Virus record (IMG/VR): IMGVR_UViG_3300014208_000009
Coordinates: 1 to 54,907 of that record
DNA length: 54,907 nucleotides
From: a virus
Direction: 5' to 3' (one strand)
The position numbers and the translations under genes are program-made. Positions within the stretch are counted from its first letter, which is position 1. The number at the start of each line of letters is the position of its first letter. Below are positions 16,412 to 24,450 of the stretch, piece after piece. Under the pieces are notes generated by a model. The model was not told the DNA's origin and did no database searches. It saw only the letters and a program-made list of their open reading frames with translations.

Positions 16412-16719
16412 AAATTATCCTCCTTTAAAAAATCTTTGCAATGTATAAACTGATCGGGCATACCAACCGCTTCTTTGCTGACCGGAATAGAATTATCCCC
16501 ACTCCAATGATCCTTACTACAATACCAATAATCGTAAGGATCATCACCACACTCAGCAACGGCATAAAACGAACCTGCTGGATGGAATTTCTGGTGTTTA
16601 CATTTATCACATTTCATTATTAGTTTTTTATATAAGTTTATTCCTTCAAAATGCGTCTCTTTGGCTTCCTCCAAGATAGTTTTGATACTCTTCGGTTCCT
16701 TTTGGAAGGTCTGATTCAT
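16408..16719 (-). CDS. Small Cys-containing protein (103 aa; alternative start MKCDKCKH at 16617)
   Basis: Contains a CDKC motif. The long form overlaps the DnaB 3' end by 74 nt. Confidence 0.5.
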   Translation of the reverse strand: MNQTFQKEPKSIKTILEEAKETHFEGINLYKKLIMKCDKCKHQKFHPAGSFYAVAECGDDPYDYWYCSKDHWSGDNSIPVSKEAVGMPDQFIHCKDFLKEDNL

Positions 16720-17905
16720 CGTAAAAATTTGTAAAATTTTGATTCGTCAATAGTTTGTAAAACCTCGGAGCTTGCCCGTTCCGGTCTTTTTCCTTCTGAA
16801 TAGTGATCCTTCTGTCGTCCGGGTTTTTCATCTTCTCATCCCCGATCATTCCCGGCCTTGTGATGAAAAATACCTTATCGGCATCTTGTTCAATATCCCC
16901 GCTTTCCCGAAGGTCTGAAAGCCGATGATTTTCTGATCCCCGGCCTTCGCTGTCACGGTTTAACTGGCTTAAAAGTAAGATAGGAATATCGGCTTCCAAT
17001 GCGAACGCCTTTAACGCCCTTGATACCTCACCAATAGCCTCAGCACGTTTTATCCGGGTGTTCATGTTCATTAGTCCTAAGTAATCAATTACTGCTAACT
17101 GGCAGTCTTTTAACAGTCTTATATTAGACCGGATGAAGTTTATATCAATCCCGCCCCGGTCAAACAAGTGAAGATTATACCCTGATATGACCCCGGCCCC
17201 GGCCTCGTAATCTCCAAAAGACCTAATAAGTCGTTTAGCCAGTTCGGTTGCTCGCATCTCCATTGAAAAATAAGCTACCTTAAATCCGGCTTCGCAAGCA
17301 ACCCTAACAATCGAAAGAGCAAAAGCAGTCTTTCCCATCCCGGGCCGTCCGGCAAGAATAATCAGTTCACCTTTTCGTAAACCCCGACATTCAGTATTTA
17401 ACTTTCCCGAAGGCGTAGGAATACCGATCATTCCTTCGGTCTTTTTCTCGGTCAAAAGTTCATTTAAGGCTTGCTCAAGGATTTCGACAATATTCCAATC
17501 CGTTCCGATCACTTGCTCCTCTTGTAGGGAAGTCAGTTTTTTGACCATCTCGGAAATTTTCTCACCCGGGTCCTCGGTTAATTGTACGTCTAATCCTGTC
17601 AGGCGATTAAATTGCTCACGGACATAATCAGTTTTTAGTTCCTGAACATAGGCTAAAATATTTATACCCGAAGCAATCCCGTTCGTCAAGGTAGAAATTT
17701 CGTGAGCCGTCCACCTACCATTAGGGCCGATCTTTTTATAGACCGTGACAATATCAATAGGCTCTGATTTCCGGTACATCTCCTGCATCAACTCAAACAA
17801 ATAGCGGTTCTTCTCACTAAAGTATTCCGGCTTCAAGAGTGGAATAATCAGATCATGGATGCCATACTCTAACAAGATTAAGCCAAGTATTACTCGCTGT
17901 ATCAT
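16646..17905 (-). CDS. dnaB: DnaB-family replicative helicase
   Basis: Walker A LAGRPGMGKTAFAL, Walker-B-like LAVIDYLGLM, ILLLSQLNR, and an N-terminal DnaB-like helical domain. Confidence 0.9.
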   Translation of the reverse strand: MIQRVILGLILLEYGIHDLIIPLLKPEYFSEKNRYLFELMQEMYRKSEPIDIVTVYKKIGPNGRWTAHEISTLTNGIASGINILAYVQELKTDYVREQFNRLTGLDVQLTEDPGEKISEMVKKLTSLQEEQVIGTDWNIVEILEQALNELLTEKKTEGMIGIPTPSGKLNTECRGLRKGELIILAGRPGMGKTAFALSIVRVACEAGFKVAYFSMEMRATELAKRLIRSFGDYEAGAGVISGYNLHLFDRGGIDINFIRSNIRLLKDCQLAVIDYLGLMNMNTRIKRAEAIGEVSRALKAFALEADIPILLLSQLNRDSEGRGSENHRLSDLRESGDIEQDADKVFFITRPGMIGDEKMKNPDDRRITIQKEKDRNGQAPRFYKLLTNQNFTNFYDESDLPKGTEEYQNYLGGSQRDAF

Positions 17906-18609
17906 GCAGTGTGTTTTTTTATGTAGTCGTCAACAGCCTGCTTGTCGAAGGATTCAGGTTTCATTTCATCGTTGAAATTTTTATCTCCAAGATAGGTTCG
18001 TGCCTTTTTCAAAAAATCCGGTTTATTAGTTTTCGCATAATCGGCTACTTTGTCTATTGCGAGTTGCCTCTCTTTTTTGGTTAGCTTGTTCCATTTTTTT
18101 ATAGCGTCGTCTTTATCGGTTTTTGGTTTTTTGGTTTCCTTGTGATAGAGTTCCCAAAAGGTTTCAAAAAGCTCAAGTGTGTCTTTATCTTCATCCACAT
18201 CTTTATCCTTATCTTTATCCTTAGCCCCATTTAAGGAGCTAATAAGCCCCTTATGTTTTTTTAATTCATTTAATACAGAAGCATGAACACGGTTCGCTTC
18301 ATTCAGCTCACCATATTGGATTTCAATAAATTTTGGTATAAACCATTTACGACCATTATCAAATTCAACTATCCTTGTTTTCTCGTCATTAAAAAACTTT
18401 AAGGCATCTGTTTTATTAACAGCCATATCGTTCCCTAAATAAACCTGAGCAACCTCAAAGTCAACTATCCATATTCCTGAGTGGTCGCAGTCATGATATA
18501 AATAATCCCAAAGGAGCTTATAAGGCCCTTGTAAGCCCCTTATGAATGGGTCTTTGTACTTGTTTGTATCGGTAAATCTTTTAGCCATTGAGCAACCTCC
18601 TTTTATCAT
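17902..18609 (-). CDS. Putative replication initiation/helicase-loading protein (235 aa)
   Basis: Lies directly upstream of dnaB and is ATGA-coupled to it. The central linker is acidic (KDKDKDVDEDKD). The call rests on position only. Confidence 0.35.
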   Translation of the reverse strand: MIKGGCSMAKRFTDTNKYKDPFIRGLQGPYKLLWDYLYHDCDHSGIWIVDFEVAQVYLGNDMAVNKTDALKFFNDEKTRIVEFDNGRKWFIPKFIEIQYGELNEANRVHASVLNELKKHKGLISSLNGAKDKDKDKDVDEDKDTLELFETFWELYHKETKKPKTDKDDAIKKWNKLTKKERQLAIDKVADYAKTNKPDFLKKARTYLGDKNFNDEMKPESFDKQAVDDYIKKHTA

Positions 18610-19120
18610 TAAAGGTTAAATTGCCTAAACAAAAACTGCCCGGATCTATTAAATTAAAACCGTACAAAAGTTCAAATTTTAACCCATCCAAAAAGTCAAA
18701 CTCATAGGTATAAACATTTAAGTCTTCGTGAAAGTCTGCTAAGTAACAAAAATTACCGTTTTTCTGGATTGAGCTACCTATTAAAACCATCCTGACATGA
18801 TACCCAAATCCTGTCGCCCTTGCTTGTTCATGAAGTTTTTCTTTCAATCCCGTATAATATCCAAGTATCTGCAAAAAGGCGTTTACATCAATTTGCCCTT
18901 TTTTTAGTTCATAAATTGTGTACTCAAATGCTTTTGGGCCAAAAAGATCTATTCCAAGCAAATCAATAACCCCATAGTTTCCGATATTAACTTGTCGTTT
19001 CAATATCGTACTGGTTGGGAACCCTCTCTCATCCATTTCTGAAAGCCTACCATTTAGATATGCCTCAAAAATCATGTCTTCTAAATTTTTTTCTAAAAAT
19101 TCCATTGGGATAACCTCCAT
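18581..19120 (-). CDS. PD-(D/E)xK nuclease-fold candidate (179 aa)
   Basis: YGVIDLLGID ... YTIYELKKGQID gives a D...ExK arrangement. Confidence 0.4.
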   Translation of the reverse strand: MEVIPMEFLEKNLEDMIFEAYLNGRLSEMDERGFPTSTILKRQVNIGNYGVIDLLGIDLFGPKAFEYTIYELKKGQIDVNAFLQILGYYTGLKEKLHEQARATGFGYHVRMVLIGSSIQKNGNFCYLADFHEDLNVYTYEFDFLDGLKFELLYGFNLIDPGSFCLGNLTFNDKRRLLNG

Positions 19121-19268
19121 AAAATAACGTCACCGGATGGGGTAGGTAGGTTTTTCCACGACCTTGCTTGTCGCTTAGTGCAAGCCCCCCGATCCGATGA
19201 CGAATTTATGTTTTTCATTAAGTGGAAATTTAACCTATCCCAAAGATAGGTAATTTTTCAATCCGTTG

Positions 19269-19694
19269 TTACAGCCTGTTAATAATTTCGCCTGATTTTA
19301 TTCGTCTGATCTCATTTTCAAGTTCGGCTATTCTGCTCAACTTAATCCCTTCTTCATCCAAAATCATTTTTTCTCGATTCGGAATAAGATAGTCGTCAAG
19401 ATATTTTTTGCAATCATCGAAGGTTTCCTGAAGCAACTCTTCGGTCACGTTAAATGGAATTTCGATGCAACTACGGTATAATTGAACTTCGATTTTACCA
19501 AACTTGATTGAGCAAACCGAATAATCATCAGCAAAATAAATAGAAATTTCCCCCTCTTTTGAATTAGGAACTCCTTTTAGATTTACACCAAACGATCCTC
19601 TGGCGCAATTCCAAACACCTGATTGACAAACTTTTCTTCCAAAGACTTCGTACTCTTTTGCGAGTACAATCAACTTTTCAATTTGTGTTTTCAT
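19269..19694 (-). CDS. Hypothetical protein (141 aa)
   Basis: ATG start, ATGA-coupled to the upstream ORF. Confidence 0.6.
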   Translation of the reverse strand: MKTQIEKLIVLAKEYEVFGRKVCQSGVWNCARGSFGVNLKGVPNSKEGEISIYFADDYSVCSIKFGKIEVQLYRSCIEIPFNVTEELLQETFDDCKKYLDDYLIPNREKMILDEEGIKLSRIAELENEIRRIKSGEIINRL

Positions 19695-20047
19695 AGTCTG
19701 TTAATAATTTTGTAGGCATACTCATTCCTGCCATAAATTCCGATCCGCTTGACGTTGGTTTTCTGAAGTTTAGCCTCTGTAATCAGGGTTGCATCACTGA
19801 AAAACTTTGCTTCTTCTGTTTCTCTGACAAAGGCAAAATACCCGTAGTCGTCTGTTGCCAGATTGGTTATTGACCTCCGTATCGAAGTTAGCGGAACCCG
19901 AAAATCAGGATAGAGTTTGTGGCATTCCGAAGCGGTCAGGTCTGGATGTTTGCGGAAGATTTCAAGTACAATTTCTTCCTGTGTTCGTGCCTTGACCTCA
20001 AAAAGTTTGGGGTCAGGTTCGTTGGTGGTATTGAAAAAAGAGTTCAT
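19691..20047 (-). CDS. Hypothetical protein (118 aa), possible winged-helix fold
   Basis: ATG start, coupled to the micro-ORF upstream. Confidence 0.55.
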   Translation of the reverse strand: MNSFFNTTNEPDPKLFEVKARTQEEIVLEIFRKHPDLTASECHKLYPDFRVPLTSIRRSITNLATDDYGYFAFVRETEEAKFFSDATLITEAKLQKTNVKRIGIYGRNEYAYKIINRL

Positions 20048-20211
20048 TTTTTCAGTTTTTCAAGTTCATCTTTCAGTTCCTTTTCCGAATCTTCAGCCCG
20101 TTTTAAAGCCTTCGCAACAGAGTATAATGTATCTCGGATTAGTTTATTAACCCTTCCTTGTGATTCTACAAACTTCATAAAATCTTCGAATGTAACGTAG
20201 ATTTTATTCAT
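20044..20211 (-). CDS. Micro-ORF, coiled-coil peptide (55 aa)
   Basis: My own translation: MNKIYVTFEDFMKFVESQGRVNKLIRDTLYSVAKALKRAEDSEKELKDELEKLKK. Overlaps both neighbouring ORFs. Confidence 0.45.
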   Translation of the reverse strand: MNKIYVTFEDFMKFVESQGRVNKLIRDTLYSVAKALKRAEDSEKELKDELEKLKK

Positions 20212-21367
20212 GGCTTTCGTCGTTTACTCCGGGAATAATCTCATAGGTCGAAACCAATAAAGAAGGCTGATATTCAGTAATGAATTTAGCCTTGTCCTCC
20301 TGTTGGCCCCAAAGGCTCGCAAATTCTTCGATCTGCGGAAGTTTCTCCGAAAGGCGTTCGATTTTCATGCCTTCGATTTCAGTCCACGCACTTGTTCCAA
20401 AGAACCGTTCGATGATTTTCACTTTCAGGGCTTTATCGGAAACCGATGTTCCAAGTTGAAGTTTCAGTAGTTCGTTTTGGATCTTCTCAAGGGCAATTTC
20501 CTTTTTCTTCCGGTTCTCCTGATAGCCATATTCTTCTTTTGGAGCCATGTTTGTCGTGTCGGATTCCTTGCTGATCTTCCCGGTCTGAAGCCCAAAGATC
20601 ATATCAATAACAGGCTTAAAGGAATCGAAATCAGGGTTCTTAAAAGTCATGCCGTCAATCGTATTGGAACGGTCTTTCAGGATAAAAGCCTCACGCCAAA
20701 CCGTTGCCTGACCTCCGACAATTTCCTGTTTCATTTCCATCCAAACATTAAGATCGGTTTCGTAAGGGGTTTCACCTTCGGTTTTCATCTTAACCCCGGA
20801 CTGAACAAAGGATTTTTTCATCTTTCCATTTTCCTCGATCTCTTCCATTTCATAAGTGTGACCTCCACGTCCTGTAAAGACAACATTCCCAACGGTGTCA
20901 ACAAAGGACTTTGAGAATTTTTCCCTCCAGGCCGGGATTACGTTACCCCAATCATTCAGGGTCATAAAGGCTTTTTTTCTCCGGTCGCCATTATAGCCAA
21001 ATCCGTCAAGGTATTGATTAATGTACTGATACCAGACCTTCGTCAGGGAATCAATAAACAGGAACGAAATCTCCCCGTTATGAAGATACCGGAACGATTC
21101 AAGGATGTCGGCAAGCTCTTCGGTCTGCTTTACAATAACCCTCAATTTAGGGAGTTCCTTTTTGAAATACGGGATCAAAAACCTCGATCCCTTTTCATTG
21201 TCAATCATCAGCAGGGGTTTATCCTGCGACAGTTTCAGGTTTTTGTAACACCCAACAATGAACTTGCAGGAAGTAAGGGTTTTACCTGATCCCTGAAAAC
21301 CTCCGAAAGACGCCTTAATAAAGTTGCCTTCGGAAACAATGTCAGTAGCAAATTGTTCTAATTTCAT
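20204..21367 (-). CDS. RecA-fold ATPase, AAA_24/Sak4-like (387 aa)
   Basis: Walker A FGGFQGSGKT and Walker B ISFLFIDSLT. The overall layout is typical of phage recombination ATPases. Confidence 0.55.
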   Translation of the reverse strand: MKLEQFATDIVSEGNFIKASFGGFQGSGKTLTSCKFIVGCYKNLKLSQDKPLLMIDNEKGSRFLIPYFKKELPKLRVIVKQTEELADILESFRYLHNGEISFLFIDSLTKVWYQYINQYLDGFGYNGDRRKKAFMTLNDWGNVIPAWREKFSKSFVDTVGNVVFTGRGGHTYEMEEIEENGKMKKSFVQSGVKMKTEGETPYETDLNVWMEMKQEIVGGQATVWREAFILKDRSNTIDGMTFKNPDFDSFKPVIDMIFGLQTGKISKESDTTNMAPKEEYGYQENRKKKEIALEKIQNELLKLQLGTSVSDKALKVKIIERFFGTSAWTEIEGMKIERLSEKLPQIEEFASLWGQQEDKAKFITEYQPSLLVSTYEIIPGVNDESHE

Positions 21368-21603
21368 AAGTAGTATTTGATTTTGTTTTTAAGTTCTCTG
21401 ATCTTCTTTTTCCCTTGCCTCAAAGCGACCCGACCCCAGGAATCCAAACGCCGAAGTCTTGAAAGCGGAAAACACAAGGCCGTTTTATACACATCCCGAA
21501 TCTGGATCACAGCGTTTCCACCTCCGACCCGAAGGACGGTTCTGGTCAGTTTCGTTTTCGTGACCCGGACTTCATCGCCGTATTGGAAGGAGAAAATTCG
21601 CAT
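21364..21603 (-). CDS. Hypothetical basic protein (79 aa)
   Basis: ATG at 21603, 1 nt after the stop of the repeat ORF. ATGA-coupled to the next gene. Confidence 0.55.
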   Translation of the reverse strand: MRIFSFQYGDEVRVTKTKLTRTVLRVGGGNAVIQIRDVYKTALCFPLSRLRRLDSWGRVALRQGKKKIRELKNKIKYYL

Positions 21604-21604
21604 A

Positions 21605-21811
21605 TTAAAAGCCGTAGCCGTAGCCGTCGCCGTAGCCGTAGCCGTAGCCGTCGCCGTAGCCGTAGCCGTTGCCGTAGCCGTCGCCGTAGCCGTCGCCGTA
21701 GCCGTTGCCGTCGCCGTTGCCGTAGCCGTAGCCGTTGCCGTTGCCGTAGCCGTCGCCGTCGCCGTATGTGTTTTGGCTATTCTCGAAATTTCCAGCTATA
21801 CGATTTTCCAT
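21605..21811 (-). CDS. Gly-Tyr/Asp/Asn dipeptide-repeat peptide (68 aa)
   Basis: The sequence is MENRIAGNFENSQNT, then 26 x (Y/D/N)-G, then F. ATG at 21811 overlaps the upstream ORF by 16 nt. It is the only frame of the repeat that lies on the coding strand and is packed into the operon. Confidence 0.55.
   Translation of the reverse strand: MENRIAGNFENSQNTYGDGDGYGNGNGYGYGNGDGNGYGDGYGDGYGNGYGYGDGYGYGYGDGYGYGF
21611..21766. repeat. 26 tandem hexamers GCCGTN (plus strand)
   Basis: The hexamer period is perfect. Only the sixth base varies (A/C/T), which gives TAC/GAC/AAC + GGC on the minus strand. Confidence 0.95.
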
Positions 21812-22128
21812 TTTTCAGGATTTACGGTTATGGTATGTACGACGGTCAGCCAGTCAAATTCAACAATCCCCTCGCACTTGTCGAGTTTGGTTGATTCGGT
21901 TGCACCGTTCACTAATTCGGGAAGTCCTTTTGTGGTTCCCCATGACCGGATATTAAAGGCATTGGTCAGTTTACAGTCATTTCCGTTTCGGGAAAAACGA
22001 CCGATATAGACCCATCCACGCTGAAGGACAACGATTTTTATGTCGCCTTCATAATTCTTTGCTTCTGATCCCTTTGGCACATAAGTTGTGCCGTCGATTA
22101 CGATTTCCTGAACTTTTACTTTTTCCAT
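21796..22128 (-). CDS. Hypothetical protein (110 aa)
   Basis: ATG at 22128 on the coding strand. Confidence 0.6.
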   Translation of the reverse strand: MEKVKVQEIVIDGTTYVPKGSEAKNYEGDIKIVVLQRGWVYIGRFSRNGNDCKLTNAFNIRSWGTTKGLPELVNGATESTKLDKCEGIVEFDWLTVVHTITVNPEKWKIV

Positions 22129-22270
22129 TGTGTTAATTTTTAGTTACCTCAAATGTAGAATTTAATTTTGAATCCTGCAACAATTTAACCTTAAATCTTT
22201 TCTGATACTCGAAAGTTTTGTAAATCGTGAATCCCATCACAGGAAAATTCAGAGCCGGGTTTAGCCACTT

Positions 22271-22393
22271 TTAAGTGTTGACAGGTAGGTAGTATTGCTT
22301 CTGCCACCAGGTCGGATGGTCAACTCCCTCGTACCAGTTCCGGCAGCCCCAAAAACTGAACAGGGATCTTATGAATCGGAAATACTTATTCAT
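22271..22393 (-). CDS. Micro-ORF (40 aa), Trp/Tyr-rich
   Basis: My own translation: MNKYFRFIRSLFSFWGCRNWYEGVDHPTWWQKQYYLPVNT. Overlaps the upstream micro-ORF (ATGAATAA). Confidence 0.3.
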   Translation of the reverse strand: MNKYFRFIRSLFSFWGCRNWYEGVDHPTWWQKQYYLPVNT

Positions 22394-22517
22394 CTTTTTT
22401 CTTTTTATCGTACTTTTTATACTCTTTCCTCAGTAGGTGTTCTATCGTTGCCCCGACCAGGATCATCACAAAGGCAAGCAGAACATAATAAGCGTCGCCG
22501 GAGCATTCCCAGTTCAT
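22386..22517 (-). CDS. Micro-ORF, single-pass membrane peptide (43 aa)
   Basis: My own translation: MNWECSGDAYYVLLAFVMILVGATIEHLLRKEYKKYDKKKKDE. Confidence 0.35.
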   Translation of the reverse strand: MNWECSGDAYYVLLAFVMILVGATIEHLLRKEYKKYDKKKKDE

Positions 22518-22613
22518 AGCGCAATCAAGGTTAAAATAATCAGGATCACAACACACACTCCGACAACACCGACAGACGGGCTTCTTTTCTCGTCCTTTCG
22601 TTGGTAGTAGTCG

Positions 22614-22808
22614 TCAGCGAGTTGCCTCAATTCGAGGGCTTCCCTGTATTTCCCGTAACTCTTTTTGGTATTCATGGTAGTTTACTATTGCTTTTGTGAT
22701 AACATAGATGCAACAGATGGCAAGGAAAATAAGGAATCCCTTAGTCCACGTCATTTTCGTATTCTTCGTTGTAGTCTTCATCATGTTCGAGTGCTTCAAT
22801 TTCTTCAT
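22614..22808 (-). CDS. Small membrane protein (64 aa; shorter start MTWTKG at 22754 is possible)
   Basis: Contains a TM helix (GFLIFLAICCIYVITKAIV). The long form overlaps the acidic ORF by 68 nt. Confidence 0.5.
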   Translation of the reverse strand: MKKLKHSNMMKTTTKNTKMTWTKGFLIFLAICCIYVITKAIVNYHEYQKELREIQGSPRIEATR

Positions 22809-22968
22809 CGGTCAAGTCGTCAAAAGCGCAATCGGGATCATCCCCGAAAAGCATAGAGTTAAGTCCGGGTTCCATAGGTTTTGGGTTAAAGTATTCTCCT
22901 AACGTCTTAAATACATCAATGATCGGCTGGATGTCCTCACCTTCTTGATGATTGGTTTCCTCTGTCAT
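22741..22968 (-). CDS. Highly acidic small protein (75 aa)
   Basis: The C-terminal half is DDPDCAFDDLTDEEIEALEHDEDYNEEYENDVD. It is an early-region gene. Confidence 0.6.
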   Translation of the reverse strand: MTEETNHQEGEDIQPIIDVFKTLGEYFNPKPMEPGLNSMLFGDDPDCAFDDLTDEEIEALEHDEDYNEEYENDVD

Positions 22969-22979
22969 TGCCTTTAGTT

Positions 22980-23441
22980 TTAGATATGGCAGGTTTTATC
23001 CGGTGATATTACGGTATAGTGGGAAATTAAAAATAGACTGAATCCAGTTTTAACTTCCAAGTGCAGTTTTGCATCCCGATCCGGTACGGGTCTGGTAATG
23101 GCATAAGTCACCCATTCGGGTATCACCGACCAAATTGTCAACCTGTAAGACATTGTTTGGATTTTTCGCCACCAGAACATCACACACACCTTCGCTTTTT
23201 TTACTCCGGTAGCTGATTTTGAACCGGATTCTGGCCGGTTGTCTTTTGATAGTCCTGTGACGGGCACTTGAACAGGATAATGCGCCCAAAACAAGGGCGT
23301 TAGCACATGGTTCACTTCCGAGAAGAGAATCACCGCCGCATGAGTGGGCGCAAATATCCGTTTCAATTTTATAAACCATGTGCTACCCCAAAGGTAAGAA
23401 ATGGTTTTAATATACGCAAGTAGTTGACGAATCTTTTTCAT
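22980..23441 (-). CDS. Hypothetical Trp-rich protein (153 aa), the alternative frame
   Basis: ATG at 23441, overlapping the upstream ORF by 35 nt. The composition is odd. Confidence 0.25.
   Translation of the reverse strand: MKKIRQLLAYIKTISYLWGSTWFIKLKRIFAPTHAAVILFSEVNHVLTPLFWAHYPVQVPVTGLSKDNRPESGSKSATGVKKAKVCVMFWWRKIQTMSYRLTIWSVIPEWVTYAITRPVPDRDAKLHLEVKTGFSLFLISHYTVISPDKTCHI
23050..23379 (-). CDS. Hypothetical Cys-rich protein (109 aa), one of two mutually exclusive frames
   Basis: ATG at 23379. It lies wholly inside ORF 22980..23441 in a different frame. I cannot decide between the two by eye. Confidence 0.3.
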   Translation of the reverse strand: MVYKIETDICAHSCGGDSLLGSEPCANALVLGALSCSSARHRTIKRQPARIRFKISYRSKKSEGVCDVLVAKNPNNVLQVDNLVGDTRMGDLCHYQTRTGSGCKTALGS

Positions 23442-23583
23442 TGATCCAGTTCATTATTTCTGTTTGACGTTCCGGGGTCTGCTTGTCGAAGTACAACCGT
23501 TTGTAAAGTTTGTCCGCAACGTGGGTAAAGTAGGAAAAGACCCCGAACCAGAACACAAACCATAGTATTATTAGTGCTTTCAT
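23407..23583 (-). CDS. First early gene: small membrane protein (58 aa from the ATG)
   Basis: The track start at 23652 is TTG. The ATG (MKALIILWFVFWFGVFSYF) is at 23583, 16 nt downstream of a consensus -7 box. Confidence 0.55.
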   Translation of the reverse strand: MKALIILWFVFWFGVFSYFTHVADKLYKRLYFDKQTPERQTEIMNWINEKDSSTTCVY

Positions 23584-23599
23584 TTTGTTTTTAGTCAAA

Positions 23600-23631
23600 C
23601 AAATGTAATTTAACTTTAAATCATAACCAAA
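23600..23631 (-). promoter_or_regulatory. Early promoter, Bacteroidota consensus (TTTG-N20-TACATTTG)
   Basis: The minus strand reads CATTTGGTTATGATTTAAAGTTAAATTACATTTG. It lies immediately downstream of the double terminator that closes the late operon. Confidence 0.6.
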
Positions 23632-23683
23632 TGTTTTGGCAAGTTTTTTCAAAGAAAGTTGTAAGTGGCTGAAAATTAGGGAG

Positions 23684-23714
23684 AAAAAAACCCGGATCAG
23701 TTTTCCAATCCGGG
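23684..23714 (-). terminator. Rho-independent terminator (second of a pair)
   Basis: The minus strand has cccggat-N10-atccggg followed by a run of 7 T. Confidence 0.75.
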
Positions 23715-23902
23715 TTGTGTGTTAAATCTCCGGGGTGTCCCGGCTTGATGTTCCACCGATTAGCGTTTCAATCACGTCTGACTGGCGTCTTTATCGGTTG
23801 CCTCTGATCTGCGAGGACTTGTTTTTTTAGGTGCGCATAGCAAATCTTTTAAGTTTAACTACAAAAGTGACCACTAAGGTAAAACAAGTTTTTGAAACCA
23901 TC

Positions 23903-23931
23903 AAAAAAAAGAAGGGCGAGTTTCCCCGCCC
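23903..23931 (-). terminator. Rho-independent terminator after the lysozyme gene
   Basis: The minus strand reads GGGCGGG-GAAA-CTCGCCC (7-bp stem, GNRA loop) followed by TTCTTTTTTTT. It starts 25 nt after the stop at 23956. Confidence 0.8.
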
Positions 23932-23955
23932 CCTTTTCACCCTCACTAATCACCA

Positions 23956-24450
23956 CTATTCAGTTGTCGGAATAGGCGTGAAGTAAAGGTCTGCTTCGGC
24001 TTTTCTTCGCCTGACCAATCCAGTAAGAATCATTCCCCCGGCATGAACCCACCGATCAAATTCCTTTCTGATGGTCGGATCATCCGGGTTCAGGTTGATC
24101 TTTTTCAGCAAGGTTGACCGCTTTAAAGAACCCGATCCAAGATTATAGCAGAATGAAACCAAACTATCGAACTGGTTTTGATTGACCTTTTTAACCATCT
24201 TTTCAATCTCTCGTTCAATAGGGATCAATTCAGCCATAAGCAAGGTTTCGGCCTCTTCTCTGTTGATAACAGCCGTTAAAAGGTATTCCTCTTCCTTTGT
24301 GTCTATGAGTGTCCCAAAACCGATGGTAGGCAGTCCTACGGGGTCAAGGTACATGGTAGGGGAAAACCCCTCAAACTCTTCGATCAGGCCGATGCCCCGG
24401 TCACTTGTTTTCACTCTTAGGCGGCTTTGGGTCTTTTGTAAACAACCCAA
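23956..24450 (-). CDS. Endolysin, GH24 (T4/lambda-type) lysozyme
   Basis: GLIEEFEGFSPTMYLDPVGLPTIGFGT contains the Glu / Asp / Thr triad spacing. No in-frame ATG precedes it, so the start is either the TTG at 24450 or the GTG at 24414. Confidence 0.85.
   Translation of the reverse strand: MGCLQKTQSRLRVKTSDRGIGLIEEFEGFSPTMYLDPVGLPTIGFGTLIDTKEEEYLLTAVINREEAETLLMAELIPIEREIEKMVKKVNQNQFDSLVSFCYNLGSGSLKRSTLLKKINLNPDDPTIRKEFDRWVHAGGMILTGLVRRRKAEADLYFTPIPTTE

Noticed and set aside
21611-21766. Possible CRISPR array or other spacer-repeat locus
   Set aside because: The period is 6 nt with no spacers. It is a coding microsatellite, not a repeat-spacer array. No cas genes are present.
21377-22009. Plus-strand ORFs across the hexamer array: a 210-aa poly-(Ala-Val) protein and the 103-aa Arg/Ser-rich ORF at 21583..21894
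   Set aside because: They are alternative frames of the same GCCGTN repeat on the non-coding strand. They overlap well-packed minus-strand genes on both sides. Every other credible gene is on the minus strand.
23050-23379. GDSL-lipase motif (CGGDSLLGS) in the Cys-rich frame
   Set aside because: At 109 aa it is far too short for an SGNH hydrolase, and the other SGNH blocks are not visible. It is probably a chance tetrapeptide.
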